NCBI RefSeq assembly: GCF_014857065.1
Contig: NZ_CP046533.1
Span: 300,001 to 332,000, forward strand
DNA from: Candidatus Saccharimonadota bacterium
GTDB taxonomy: Bacteria > Pseudomonadota > Gammaproteobacteria > Enterobacterales > Enterobacteriaceae
Direction of reading: 5' to 3'
DNA length: 32,000 nt
Below the pieces are notes generated by a model. That model worked only from the letters and a program-made list of their open reading frames with translations, was not told the origin of the DNA and ran no database searches. This document shows, piece by piece, positions 20,039 to 30,282 of this stretch (positions are counted from its first letter, which is position 1; every line of letters starts with the position of its first letter). Made by a program: the position numbers and the translations under genes.

Positions 20039-21177
20039 ACCAAACCCTTTGCAAAAGCTTGTAATTCAGAAATGCGTAATTCAAAATCTATCCTCAATAA
20101 TAATATAACTGCACAAAATAATACCATAAAACTAGATCCACCATAACTGATAAATGGAAACGTTAAACCTTTTGTTGGCAATAAACCAACTGTCACTCCA
20201 ACATTTACTATTGTTTGAAAACTAAACCAAATTCCAATAGCACAGGATAAAAAACCTGAAAAAAACATATTAAGTCTAAAAGCATGACGAGAAATAGCTA
20301 GAGCTCGAAAAACTACTGAAAATATCATTAATAAAACTAAAAATGCACCACAATATCCAAATTCTTCAGCAATTATAGCAAATATAAAATCGGTATGAGC
20401 TTCCGGAAGATACTCCATTTTTTGTATAGAATTTCCCAAACCTCGCCCCCATAACTTTCCTCTTCCAAAAGCCATTAACGATTGCGTTAATTGATATCCG
20501 CTACCAAAAGGATCTTGCCATGGATTCCAAAAAGAAAAAATACGTTCTATACGATACGGTTCAATTAAAATTAAACCAACTACTATAAATACACTCACAA
20601 AAACAAACAAAAAAAATTTTCTCAACCGAATACTAGCAATAAATAAGATACCTAATGTTGTTGCAAAAATAACTACGGCGCTACCAAAATCAGGTTGAAC
20701 TAATACTAATAAACAAATACTCAACATAATGAGAATTGGTTTACAAAAAACATAAAAATCAAAACAACCATTTTTAAATTTATACGAAAAATAACTAGAT
20801 AAATAACAAAATAACGATAATTTTGATAATTCGGCTGGTTGAATAGACAACCAACCAAAAGATAACCACCGGGACGAACCATGAACTGTATTGCCAAACA
20901 ACAATACCACTATCAACAAAACAAAAGAAACTAACAACAAAATTAAACTATAACGATGCCATCTAAATACAGGTGTTCTTAATAAAAATAAAGATATTAA
21001 AAATGATAATCCAACATATAACATATTACGCTTAACAAAATAAAAAGGATCACCTAACAACCTTGATCCTACTAACATCGAAGTGGAAGCAACCATAACT
21101 ATCCCTGTAAAAATTAATCCTAAAATTAACCACAAAAGAATGCGGTCATATAAGACATTAACGGATTTATTTAACAT
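20035..21177 (-). CDS. ftsW: Peptidoglycan glycosyltransferase / lipid II flippase family protein FtsW (SEDS)
   Basis: 380 aa, polytopic membrane protein. SEDS motifs QPAELSKL, PEAHTDFIFA and LPTKGLTFPFISYGGSS. Sits between murD and murG. Confidence 0.93.
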   Translation of the reverse strand: MLNKSVNVLYDRILLWLILGLIFTGIVMVASTSMLVGSRLLGDPFYFVKRNMLYVGLSFLISLFLLRTPVFRWHRYSLILLLVSFVLLIVVLLFGNTVHGSSRWLSFGWLSIQPAELSKLSLFCYLSSYFSYKFKNGCFDFYVFCKPILIMLSICLLVLVQPDFGSAVVIFATTLGILFIASIRLRKFFLFVFVSVFIVVGLILIEPYRIERIFSFWNPWQDPFGSGYQLTQSLMAFGRGKLWGRGLGNSIQKMEYLPEAHTDFIFAIIAEEFGYCGAFLVLLMIFSVVFRALAISRHAFRLNMFFSGFLSCAIGIWFSFQTIVNVGVTVGLLPTKGLTFPFISYGGSSFMVLFCAVILLLRIDFELRISELQAFAKGLV

Positions 21178-21214
21178 TATTCAATCTATAACTAATTTTA
21201 AGTTCTTTAAAATA

Positions 21215-22540
21215 TCATCCAAATTTTTTTGCTAAATTTGTAAATCTTTCACCACGTACCTCAAAATTCTCAAATTGATCCAAACTAGAACAACCTGGAG
21301 ATAATAAAACTACATCACCATAACAAGCTCGAATACTAATAATCTTTAAAGCCTGCTCCATAGTATCAGTGATAACCACATGATCTGAACGCAACTTTGC
21401 TAAATATTTAGCATCTTTCCCAAAACAATATAAAAATATTCTATCTCCTTGTACATAAGATTTGAAAGAATTAAAATCAGCAGATTTAGCATCACCACCT
21501 AACAATAAATGTATCACCCCTCTATCAAAAGATAAACTCATAAGAGCAGCTCTAGTACTGGCCATATTCGTAGACTTAGAATCATTAATCCATCTTACTC
21601 CATTCTTAAAATGAACTAATTCAAATCGATGAGGTAATCCAGTAAATTTCCGTAATACATCCCAATAGACAAAATGAGAAATTGATAAAAAATCAACTAA
21701 AGCTAATGCAGCTAATATATTAAGATAATTATGATAACCAACAATTTTAAGATCTAAACAATTCAATAATATTTTATTATGCAATATTAAAAAAATTTGT
21801 TTTTTATAATAATCTAGATAAAAATTACTATATTTCACGCCAAAATAAACAAAACGACTAAAACAATTATTTTTTCCCCTTGGAAAAGTCAACAAATCCA
21901 AAGCATTCACTATACATAGAGATGCAGATTGATAAATTTTCAACTTAATCTTTTGATACTGATGTAATCCATAAGGATAACGATTCACATGTTCATCACT
22001 AATATTTAAAACTGTAGCTGCAGCAGCATGTAAAGTGTAAATAGTTTCTAATTGAAAACTAGATATTTCTAATACATACAACTGATAATCAAAATCTAAT
22101 AATGTAAGAACTGGTATTCCAATATTACCACCAATACCAACTCGTAAACCTGCACCCTTAACGAACTCACCTACTAATTTAGTTACTGTACTTTTACCAT
22201 TCGTACCAGTAATAGCAATAATTGGTTTAGTAACTTCGCGAAGAAATAACTCAATATCTCCAACGATTTCTATACCTAAATTTGCTGCCATAATCAAAAG
22301 AGGATGATATAACGATATACCAGGACTTAAGACAATTAAAGTAGCCTTGAATAACCATTGCCTATTTAATTCACCCAAACAATATTCTATGTTGTCAGGT
22401 AATTTATCTAAATTTGGTGGATACTTTCTAGTATCCATGACTTGAGGGATAACATTACGTTTTAAAAAAAATGCAATACAAGATAAACCAGTTATTCCTA
22501 ACCCGATTACAACAACTCGTTTGCCTTGATAATTCATCAT
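21215..22540 (-). CDS. murD: UDP-N-acetylmuramoylalanine--D-glutamate ligase
   Basis: 441 aa. MMNYQGKRVVVIGLGITGLSCIAFFLKRNVIPQVMDTR is nearly colinear with the E. coli MurD N-terminus. ITGTNGKSTV P-loop. Confidence 0.95.
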   Translation of the reverse strand: MMNYQGKRVVVIGLGITGLSCIAFFLKRNVIPQVMDTRKYPPNLDKLPDNIEYCLGELNRQWLFKATLIVLSPGISLYHPLLIMAANLGIEIVGDIELFLREVTKPIIAITGTNGKSTVTKLVGEFVKGAGLRVGIGGNIGIPVLTLLDFDYQLYVLEISSFQLETIYTLHAAAATVLNISDEHVNRYPYGLHQYQKIKLKIYQSASLCIVNALDLLTFPRGKNNCFSRFVYFGVKYSNFYLDYYKKQIFLILHNKILLNCLDLKIVGYHNYLNILAALALVDFLSISHFVYWDVLRKFTGLPHRFELVHFKNGVRWINDSKSTNMASTRAALMSLSFDRGVIHLLLGGDAKSADFNSFKSYVQGDRIFLYCFGKDAKYLAKLRSDHVVITDTMEQALKIISIRACYGDVVLLSPGCSSLDQFENFEVRGERFTNLAKKFG

Positions 22541-22557
22541 TTTCGTTTAAGAATAAA

Positions 22558-23649
22558 TTACTGTATTCTAAAATTTATGAGTCCTAATAACATAAATATA
22601 AAAGAAATAATCCAAAAACGCACTATAATACGCGGTTCTGGACAACCCTGTAACTCAAAATGATGATGAAGAGGAGCCATTAGAAAAACTCGACGGCCAA
22701 ATGATTTAAAAAAAATAACTTGTACAATAACAGATAAAGCCTCTAAAACAAATAAACCAGATAGTACCAATAATAAAAGCTCCTGACGTAAAATGATAGC
22801 CATAGTACCAATAACTGCACCAAAAGATAAAGAACCTGTATCCCCCATAAAAATTTGCGCTGGATAAGTATTAAACCATAAAAAACCAAGACTAGCACCA
22901 ATCATTATTGCACAAACTACCACCAATTCCTTAACTCCTTCTACATAAGGAATATATAAATAATTAGCAAAATTTAAATCACCTACTATATATGATGTTA
23001 ATCCTATACCTGTTAAAATAAATATGATTGGTACTATAACTAAACCGTCCAGACCATCAGTTAAATTAACGGCATTACTAGAACCAACAATAACAAAATA
23101 AACTAACAATAAATACCAAATACCTAATTTTAGAGAAAATTCTTTAAAAAACGGTATAACCAAATTAATATCTGATATTTTTCTATTATCTATTACAAAC
23201 ATTATAAACAATAAAAACAATGCAATTGTTGATTGCCAAAAATACTTACCAAAACAACCTAATCCTGAATTATCTTTCTTAACCAACTTACAATAATCAT
23301 CAACGAAACCTATTACACCATAACCTAACAATGCAAATAGTACATACCAAACATAAAAATTATTAATTTGACTACATAATAAAATGGAAAAAAAAGTAAC
23401 ACTGATTAATATAATACCCCCCATAGTAGGTATATCTCGCTTAGAGTAATGTGATTTTGGCCCATAATCACGTACTATCTGAAAACAACGCATTCTGCGT
23501 AACCATAAAATACACTTTGGTCCTATATATAAAAAAGAAAATAAAGATAAAAAAAAACTAAAAATCACACGAAACGTCAAACTAAAAATAGTAGATAACT
23601 CAAAATAAGAACCAAATAATTTTTTGATTAACCATATTAACACAACCAT
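22558..23649 (-). CDS. mraY: Phospho-N-acetylmuramoyl-pentapeptide transferase
   Basis: 363 aa, polytopic. Motifs NAVNLTDGLDGL, FMGDTGSL and APLHHHFE. The start overlaps the murF 3' end by 13 nt. Confidence 0.95.
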   Translation of the reverse strand: MVVLIWLIKKLFGSYFELSTIFSLTFRVIFSFFLSLFSFLYIGPKCILWLRRMRCFQIVRDYGPKSHYSKRDIPTMGGIILISVTFFSILLCSQINNFYVWYVLFALLGYGVIGFVDDYCKLVKKDNSGLGCFGKYFWQSTIALFLLFIMFVIDNRKISDINLVIPFFKEFSLKLGIWYLLLVYFVIVGSSNAVNLTDGLDGLVIVPIIFILTGIGLTSYIVGDLNFANYLYIPYVEGVKELVVVCAIMIGASLGFLWFNTYPAQIFMGDTGSLSFGAVIGTMAIILRQELLLLVLSGLFVLEALSVIVQVIFFKSFGRRVFLMAPLHHHFELQGCPEPRIIVRFWIISFIFMLLGLINFRIQ

Positions 23650-25004
23650 CTCCTCCGTAATTCCTGAACAATAGAATCCATAGAAAAAACGCGAGATCCT
23701 TTAATTAATATAGTGACTAGCTTATATTTAACTAATACACACATAAGATAAGAAACTATCGATGATTTATCAAAAAAATGTTTACCACGACCACTTCCTT
23801 TGCCAATAAAATAAGCAAGAACACCGATGCTTAAAACCATATTAATATTACTTATAGATATTATATTTTTACCAAATTTATAATGATATATAACCTCCCT
23901 ATCAACACCTAATTCCAACATATCACTAATTACTATCACACGATAACCAGGCATATTTTGTAATACCCTTACAGCAGCTAACATAGAACCAATATTTGAA
24001 TTATAAGTATCATCTAACAATACTTTACCTTTATCCAAAATTATTGGATATAACCTACCAGGCAAACCATTCATATTTTCTAAACCTTTAGTAATATCGG
24101 ATAAGGATGCTCCTACAGACATAGAAAGTGCACCAGCTGCCAAAGCATTAGAAACATTATGATATCCCAAAAGGGGTAATGAAATATTAGATTTACCTTG
24201 AGGAGTGTGAAAAACAAAATGCATTCTATCTATATTAAAAACTATATCACTAGCAAAGAAATCAACATTACTTGTAAATTTCAATGAAAATCGCCAAACT
24301 GATCTTCCACATAATAAATGACGCCACGATAACCAATCATGACTATTAACATTTATAATTCCTCTACCAATCATTGATAAACCAATAAATATTTCTCCTT
24401 TCGCTCGAGAAACACCAGATAAAGTACGAAAACCAGATAAGTGTGCATAAGATATATTATTAATTAAAGCTGTATGAGGACTAACTAACTCAGATGTTTT
24501 TGCAATTTCCCCAAAAGAATTACTACCTAATTCAACTACAGCAAAATCATCTTGTTTTTGTATACGCAACAAAGTCAATGCTACCCCAATATCATTATTA
24601 AAATTACCATACGTTGCAACTACTTTACCACAATTGTGCAAAATAGAAGACGTCATTTCCTTTACAGAAGTTTTACCCATTGAACCAGTAATTGCGACAA
24701 TTCGAGATGTTGATTGACGGCGAACCCAAGCTCCTAATTGACATAAAGCATAACGGGTATCAAAAACTATTAACTGAGACACATTTAAAAATAAATAACG
24801 ACTTACTAATAATGCTTTAGCTCCCGCATTAACCGCTTGTGCAGCAAAATCATGGGCATCAAAGCGAGAACCTTTTAAAGCAATAAATAAACATTGTTCT
24901 CCAATAATGCGTGAATCAATACTTACTGTTTTGATAATTTGATCAATATTCACTAATTTAGCATTTAGAACTGACGCTATACCTGATAAAAAAAATGGAA
25001 CCAT
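23637..25004 (-). CDS. murF: UDP-N-acetylmuramoyl-tripeptide--D-alanyl-D-alanine ligase
   Basis: 455 aa. ITGSMGKTSVKEM P-loop, LDDTYNSN and Mur ligase architecture. The ATG directly abuts the murE stop (25005-25007). Confidence 0.93.
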   Translation of the reverse strand: MVPFFLSGIASVLNAKLVNIDQIIKTVSIDSRIIGEQCLFIALKGSRFDAHDFAAQAVNAGAKALLVSRYLFLNVSQLIVFDTRYALCQLGAWVRRQSTSRIVAITGSMGKTSVKEMTSSILHNCGKVVATYGNFNNDIGVALTLLRIQKQDDFAVVELGSNSFGEIAKTSELVSPHTALINNISYAHLSGFRTLSGVSRAKGEIFIGLSMIGRGIINVNSHDWLSWRHLLCGRSVWRFSLKFTSNVDFFASDIVFNIDRMHFVFHTPQGKSNISLPLLGYHNVSNALAAGALSMSVGASLSDITKGLENMNGLPGRLYPIILDKGKVLLDDTYNSNIGSMLAAVRVLQNMPGYRVIVISDMLELGVDREVIYHYKFGKNIISISNINMVLSIGVLAYFIGKGSGRGKHFFDKSSIVSYLMCVLVKYKLVTILIKGSRVFSMDSIVQELRRRWLC

Positions 25005-26507
25005 TTACAAAATACCAACATTTTCTTTTACAACAGAAAAATCAGAATAATTTAACCATTGATTACCGACTATTTGATAGTTTTCATGACCTTTACCTGC
25101 TATCAACAATAAATCTTCTGAAGTAGATTGACTAATAGCAATACTGATAGCCTCACTACGAGAAATAATCACTTGAACCTTTGCCCTATCTAATAAATCT
25201 TTCTGTACCTCTTCCACGATATCCCATGGATCTTCATTACGCGAGTTATCACTTGTTATTATTAGCTTATCAGCATAACGCTCAGCAATTTTACCCATTA
25301 AGGAACGCTTTTTCTTATCCCGATCTCCTCCACATCCAAATATACAATATAACTTACTATGAGTGTATGACCTAGCAACAATTAAAGCCTGTTTTAAAGC
25401 ATCAGGAGTATGAGCATAATCTATTACTATTATAGGATAACCGGCAACTCGCAAAAATTGCATACGACCACAAATGGAACGTAACCTAACAGCTGTATTT
25501 AATAATAATGATAAAGGATATTTTAATACCAATAACGTAGCTAACGCTAATAATAAATTACTAACATTAAATTTCCCTAACAATTGAGTATATATTACAC
25601 CATTACCCCAACTAGATGTAAAAAAAATTTCAGTCCTGTCATAATAATAATACACTTTAGCTGCACGTAACCAACGACCTTGCCAATATCTATTAGGTAA
25701 AATACTAGACACCGTAACCGCTACAGCATTAGGTATTTTAGATAACCAATTTCTACCAACACTATCATCATAGTTTATAACAAATTCTTCAACTTCTAAA
25801 TCATGAAATAACTGCCATTTAGCTAACTCATAGTTTAACATATCACCATGATAATCTAAATGATCTCTAGTTAAATTAGTAAATACTGCAACTTTAAAAT
25901 GCAAATCACTAACTCGATGCTCAACCAATCCATGCGAAGAAACTTCAATGGCAACAAAAGTGACCCCTTGAATTTTGAATTGCGCCAACATTTTCTGAAT
26001 CTCAATTGCCGAACAAGTTGTATTTTTAGAAGGATAAATATTACCGATTATCCCATTTCCTATAGTACCCATAACAGCACTTTTTTCATTTAACAATGAA
26101 ACCCAATTAGACAATAAATGAGTCACTGTACTTTTACCATTTGTACCAGTTACCCCAACTAAATTAAAATATTGAGATGGATGATTCAAAAAACGTCCAG
26201 ATATTGCGGACAAATATCTTTGAAGTTGATTAAAATAAACAACAGGCACTCCATTCAAATGTTGAACATTTCCACTAAGTAACGAATTTTTACAATGAGC
26301 AATTATGGCACTTGCCCCTTTATTAATAGCATTAAAGATATAAAAACAACCATTAGTTTTATAACCTTCTATAGCGATAAACAAATCATTATAAGCTACA
26401 TCACGACTATCTGTTATAATATCTTTAAAAAAACATTCAGGTATTTCCGTCATCCAAGGATTTAGTAAAAATTGCAAATTAGAACAACTCATAACAAAAT
26501 TCCTCAA
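25005..26507 (-). CDS. murE: UDP-N-acetylmuramoyl-L-alanyl-D-glutamate--2,6-diaminopimelate ligase
   Basis: 500 aa. VGVTGTNGKSTV, DYAHTPDAL and the DAP-specific motif in GCGGDRDKKKR. By alignment the true start may be the sixth codon (Met at 26492, MSCSNLQFLLNPW). Confidence 0.94.
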   Translation of the reverse strand: MRNFVMSCSNLQFLLNPWMTEIPECFFKDIITDSRDVAYNDLFIAIEGYKTNGCFYIFNAINKGASAIIAHCKNSLLSGNVQHLNGVPVVYFNQLQRYLSAISGRFLNHPSQYFNLVGVTGTNGKSTVTHLLSNWVSLLNEKSAVMGTIGNGIIGNIYPSKNTTCSAIEIQKMLAQFKIQGVTFVAIEVSSHGLVEHRVSDLHFKVAVFTNLTRDHLDYHGDMLNYELAKWQLFHDLEVEEFVINYDDSVGRNWLSKIPNAVAVTVSSILPNRYWQGRWLRAAKVYYYYDRTEIFFTSSWGNGVIYTQLLGKFNVSNLLLALATLLVLKYPLSLLLNTAVRLRSICGRMQFLRVAGYPIIVIDYAHTPDALKQALIVARSYTHSKLYCIFGCGGDRDKKKRSLMGKIAERYADKLIITSDNSRNEDPWDIVEEVQKDLLDRAKVQVIISRSEAISIAISQSTSEDLLLIAGKGHENYQIVGNQWLNYSDFSVVKENVGIL

Positions 26508-26531
26508 TTATATAAATATTATTGCTATATA

Positions 26532-28244
26532 TCACTCACAAATTTTTTTAATAGCTAATTTTGATGCATCAGGTTCTACATTCATCATACGTAGAACACC
26601 ACTCATAACAGTACCAAATACTGGAGCCGATACTACACCTCCATAATATTGACCACTACTTGGTTCATCAATAACTACTACTAAAGCAAATCTAGGACGA
26701 CTAACTGGAGCAATACCGGCTGTATATGCAATATACTTATTAATATACCTACCACAATTACCTACCTTCTTAACAGTTCCGGTCTTAATAGCAACACGAT
26801 AGCCTTTAATTGCTGCTTTAACACCAGAACTACCTGGTAAAGATACATTTTCCATCATATGTATTACATTATGTACTAAAGATGAAGAAAATACCTGTTT
26901 ACCAATAACTGGTCTATCAATTCTCAGAATAGAAAGAGGTCGATAAATACCCATACTACCAAAAATAGCATATACTCTAGCTAATTGTAATGGTGTTACC
27001 ATAAATCCATATCCGTAAGAAAAAACTGCCTTATCTATATCAGACCATCTCTGTTTCTTTGGATATAAACCATTATTCTCTCCAACTAGTCCCAAATTAG
27101 TAGATTTACCAATACCAAATCTTGAATATGCATTCACTAATATAGTAGAGGACATGGACAAAGCTATCCTAGATATTCCAACATTACTAGACTTCTGTAA
27201 TATTTCGGATATAGTTAATTGACCATAATATGATACATCTTTAATCATATAACCATTAATTATATAAGGTGCCGTATTGAAAACAGTATTTTTATCTATA
27301 ATGCCACTCTCTAAAGCACTTAAAACAACAATTGGCTTAACAGTAGATCCTGGTTCAAAAAGATCAGTTATAGCACGATTACGCATAGAAGATATCGTAA
27401 CATTGGATAAATCATTAGGATCATAAGATGGACTATTCACCATTGATAGAATTTCTCCAGTATTAACATCTATTAATACTGCAGATCCAGATTTGGCCTG
27501 ATGGAAAATCACTGCATTATTCAATTCACGATACAATAACACTTGCATTCGCTCATCAATACTCAAAGTTATATTATGTGATCCTTTACTATTCACAGAA
27601 GCAACATTTTCAATAACTCTACCAAAACGATCTCTATGCACTATTTTCTCACCAGGATATCCACTCAAATAAGCATTAAAACTTTTTTCAACACCTTCAA
27701 TACCTTCACCATCTATATTAGTTATACCAACTATATGAGCAGAAGCATAACCAGATGGATAATAACGTCGATATTCTTGTTGTAAGTAAATACCAGGAAA
27801 TTTCAAGTTGAGTATATAATCTTTAATAGAAAAATCCACTTGACGAGCTAAATAAACAAAACGACTTTCCGTATTCGAATAAATACGAGAAACTAATTTA
27901 TCCAAAGATATAGATAATACATCAGATAACAATTTCCAACGTTCATCATAATATTTAATATCATATTTTGTGAGTTCTTTAGGATCAGCCCAAACTGCAC
28001 ATACGGGAGCACTCATTGCTAATAAACGACCATTACGATCTGTAATCATACCACGAATTATAGAAATTTCCTTAATACGTAAAGAACGAACATTACCTTC
28101 CTTGACTAACTGATCAGTATTAAATACTTGCAAATAAGTAATTCTGAAAATAAGAACACATATGGATGATAAAAATAAAATATATATTATAGTAATACGT
28201 CTACCTAAAAAACCTTTTCTTATTTTTAAATTTCCTACTTTCAT
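26532..28244 (-). CDS. ftsI: Peptidoglycan D,D-transpeptidase FtsI (PBP3)
   Basis: 570 aa. N-terminal TM, and active-site triad motifs STVKP, SSN and KTGT all present. Confidence 0.96.
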   Translation of the reverse strand: MKVGNLKIRKGFLGRRITIIYILFLSSICVLIFRITYLQVFNTDQLVKEGNVRSLRIKEISIIRGMITDRNGRLLAMSAPVCAVWADPKELTKYDIKYYDERWKLLSDVLSISLDKLVSRIYSNTESRFVYLARQVDFSIKDYILNLKFPGIYLQQEYRRYYPSGYASAHIVGITNIDGEGIEGVEKSFNAYLSGYPGEKIVHRDRFGRVIENVASVNSKGSHNITLSIDERMQVLLYRELNNAVIFHQAKSGSAVLIDVNTGEILSMVNSPSYDPNDLSNVTISSMRNRAITDLFEPGSTVKPIVVLSALESGIIDKNTVFNTAPYIINGYMIKDVSYYGQLTISEILQKSSNVGISRIALSMSSTILVNAYSRFGIGKSTNLGLVGENNGLYPKKQRWSDIDKAVFSYGYGFMVTPLQLARVYAIFGSMGIYRPLSILRIDRPVIGKQVFSSSLVHNVIHMMENVSLPGSSGVKAAIKGYRVAIKTGTVKKVGNCGRYINKYIAYTAGIAPVSRPRFALVVVIDEPSSGQYYGGVVSAPVFGTVMSGVLRMMNVEPDASKLAIKKICE

Positions 28245-28285
28245 TATATAATATATTACTGGTAAAATTTAAAAATTACATTAAT

Positions 28286-28603
28286 CTAATGTAGAAATAA
28301 AATCACTTCTGAATCAGGATCAACATATTGCATATGTAAATCTCTCAAAGCAATATACTCGACTCTGTCATTACTAGCTAATATATTTTTTTTAACAATT
28401 AAATTTCGACGTTCTATATCTAGTTCTTCTTGTTCTAATAGCAACTGTTCTTGCACGATTATTAATTGTTTAGTTTGATAAGTTATTAATACAACAAGCA
28501 AGGCAAATATTTCTGTTAAAAACAACAAAATCAAAAGGTATTTTCCATTCGAAAATAAATCATTTCTTATAATTTTAACTAAATTACAACGATCATATAT
28601 CAT
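28286..28603 (-). CDS. ftsL: Cell division protein FtsL
   Basis: 105 aa, bitopic. TM LLILLFLTEIFALLVVLI followed by a coiled-coil/leucine-zipper-like stretch, and conserved DRVEYIALRDLHMQYVDP (E. coli: SRVERIATEKLQMQHVDP). Sits between rsmH and ftsI. Confidence 0.88.
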   Translation of the reverse strand: MIYDRCNLVKIIRNDLFSNGKYLLILLFLTEIFALLVVLITYQTKQLIIVQEQLLLEQEELDIERRNLIVKKNILASNDRVEYIALRDLHMQYVDPDSEVILFLH

Positions 28604-28611
28604 GTTATTAA

Positions 28612-29580
28612 TTATAATTTCTCAGCAATACGCATTATTGCACTACGAGCACGTGGATTAATTTCTTTTTCTCTTTCTGAAGGTACTATTTTTTTTACAT
28701 TACATAAACGATATTGATGAGAAGATAACATGCGAAATTGAGCATTAGATACAGGCAAATCAACCGGAATAGAACTATAACGACCACTATACTTATACAT
28801 AAAATCTTTAACTATTCTATCTTCTAAAGAATGAAAACTTGTTACTAACAATTTACCCCCTGAAGATAGAACAGTTAACGAACTCTCCAAGACTTTCATA
28901 ATTTCTTCTAATTCCCTATTTATATACATTCTTATTGCTCGAAAAGTTCTAGCTAAAGGATGTTTATGATAATATGGAATAGCATCAATAACTAACGAAG
29001 CCAACCTGTGAGTAGTGGTAATAGGATGAAAATGTCTTTGTCTTACTATGGCTTTTGCAATTCTTGAAGAAAACCTTTCTTCACCTAATTTTCTTAACAC
29101 ATACGCAATATCCCCCACAGAAGCTTTTGCTATCCAATCAGAAGCAGACTGACCGTAACTATTATTCATTCGCATATCTAAAGGACCATTATGTCTAAAA
29201 GAAAAACCTCGTCTTGGGTCTTCTATCTGTGGTGAAGAAACGCCAAGATCTAACAATATACCACGTATACTTCCTGAAATATTTAATTTAAATGCATATT
29301 TTGTAATCTTAGAGAAAAACCCATGAATAACGATCAATCTTTTATCTTGCAAAGCAAAAGATTTAGCCACTTTCACAGCTTCTAAATCACAATCTATAAC
29401 TAATAATCGACCGCTCTTATTTAGCCTGGACAAAATCTCCCTTGCATGCCCCCCCCTACCAAAGGTAGCATCACAATAAAAACCAGACTGACGAATATCT
29501 AATTCTGTAATAACTTCTTTCAACAAAACTGGAACATGTTTATAATATTTTGCATTAATTGTTAACACAATAAAGACCAT
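28612..29580 (-). CDS. rsmH: 16S rRNA (cytosine1402-N4)-methyltransferase
   Basis: 322 aa. YKHVPVLLKEV, DATFGRGGHAREIL and SFHSLEDRIVK motifs of RsmH/MraW. The only ATG that fits the alignment is at 29580, so the N-terminus is about 8 residues longer than in E. coli. Confidence 0.92.
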   Translation of the reverse strand: MVFIVLTINAKYYKHVPVLLKEVITELDIRQSGFYCDATFGRGGHAREILSRLNKSGRLLVIDCDLEAVKVAKSFALQDKRLIVIHGFFSKITKYAFKLNISGSIRGILLDLGVSSPQIEDPRRGFSFRHNGPLDMRMNNSYGQSASDWIAKASVGDIAYVLRKLGEERFSSRIAKAIVRQRHFHPITTTHRLASLVIDAIPYYHKHPLARTFRAIRMYINRELEEIMKVLESSLTVLSSGGKLLVTSFHSLEDRIVKDFMYKYSGRYSSIPVDLPVSNAQFRMLSSHQYRLCNVKKIVPSEREKEINPRARSAIMRIAEKL

Positions 29581-29660
29581 TCATTAAATTTGTTAAATTA
29601 TAAAAACATCAACTAACAATAGTTAAAATCAAAAATAAAATGTAATAAAATTAAAATAAA

Positions 29661-30266
29661 TTACTGCAAAAAAATTAATTGATTCTCTTCATAATCCCTT
29701 ATATAAGATTCGTATGTTAGCGTCCATCCAATAGGATCTAAATCATTTAACAGGCGGTAACGATAAAAATCATCTATTTCAAAACGATAGACATTACTCT
29801 CAATATAAATTTTTTGTTCTTTTAAATCAATTGTTAAAAATATACCTGTCGTTTGAGAAAATACTTTTCTAAATAATTCATCTATTTCCAAATGTGATAA
29901 CTTAATAAGTAATAATTGATTATTCAAACTATTAATATAAAAGATATCAGCAAAACTAGGAGCAATAATAACACGAAATCCATAATCTATTAAAGCCCAA
30001 ACTGCATGCTCTCGGGATGAACCACATCCAAAATTTTCCCTAGTTAGTAAAATACTAGCATTACGATAATGTGGATAATTTAAAACAAATTCATCATTCA
30101 ATTCTTGACAAAATACATCATGAAATCGCCAATTACTAAATAAATACTGTCCAAAATCATCACGAGTAATTTTTTGCAAAAACTGTTTTGGAATAATAGC
30201 ATCTGTATCTACATTAGCAACATTTAAAGGAACTACAATACCATTATGCCTAACAAATTTAACCAT
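29661..30266 (-). CDS. leuD: 3-isopropylmalate dehydratase small subunit
   Basis: 201 aa. [13 protein letters not shown] and [16 protein letters not shown] motifs. Lies downstream of leuC. Confidence 0.95.
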   Translation of the reverse strand: MVKFVRHNGIVVPLNVANVDTDAIIPKQFLQKITRDDFGQYLFSNWRFHDVFCQELNDEFVLNYPHYRNASILLTRENFGCGSSREHAVWALIDYGFRVIIAPSFADIFYINSLNNQLLLIKLSHLEIDELFRKVFSQTTGIFLTIDLKEQKIYIESNVYRFEIDDFYRYRLLNDLDPIGWTLTYESYIRDYEENQLIFLQ

Positions 30267-30282
30267 TGAGTAATATACCCTC

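Noticed and set aside
25181-26093. Two 64-aa plus-strand ORFs inside murE
   Set aside because: Shadow ORFs antisense to conserved murE.
30070-30078. Perfect DnaA-box consensus (TTATCCACA on the minus strand)
   Set aside because: It is a single isolated box inside the leuD coding sequence (it encodes ..YPH..). There is no cluster, no AT-rich unwinding element in context, and the locus is not near dnaA or gidA. It is not an origin.
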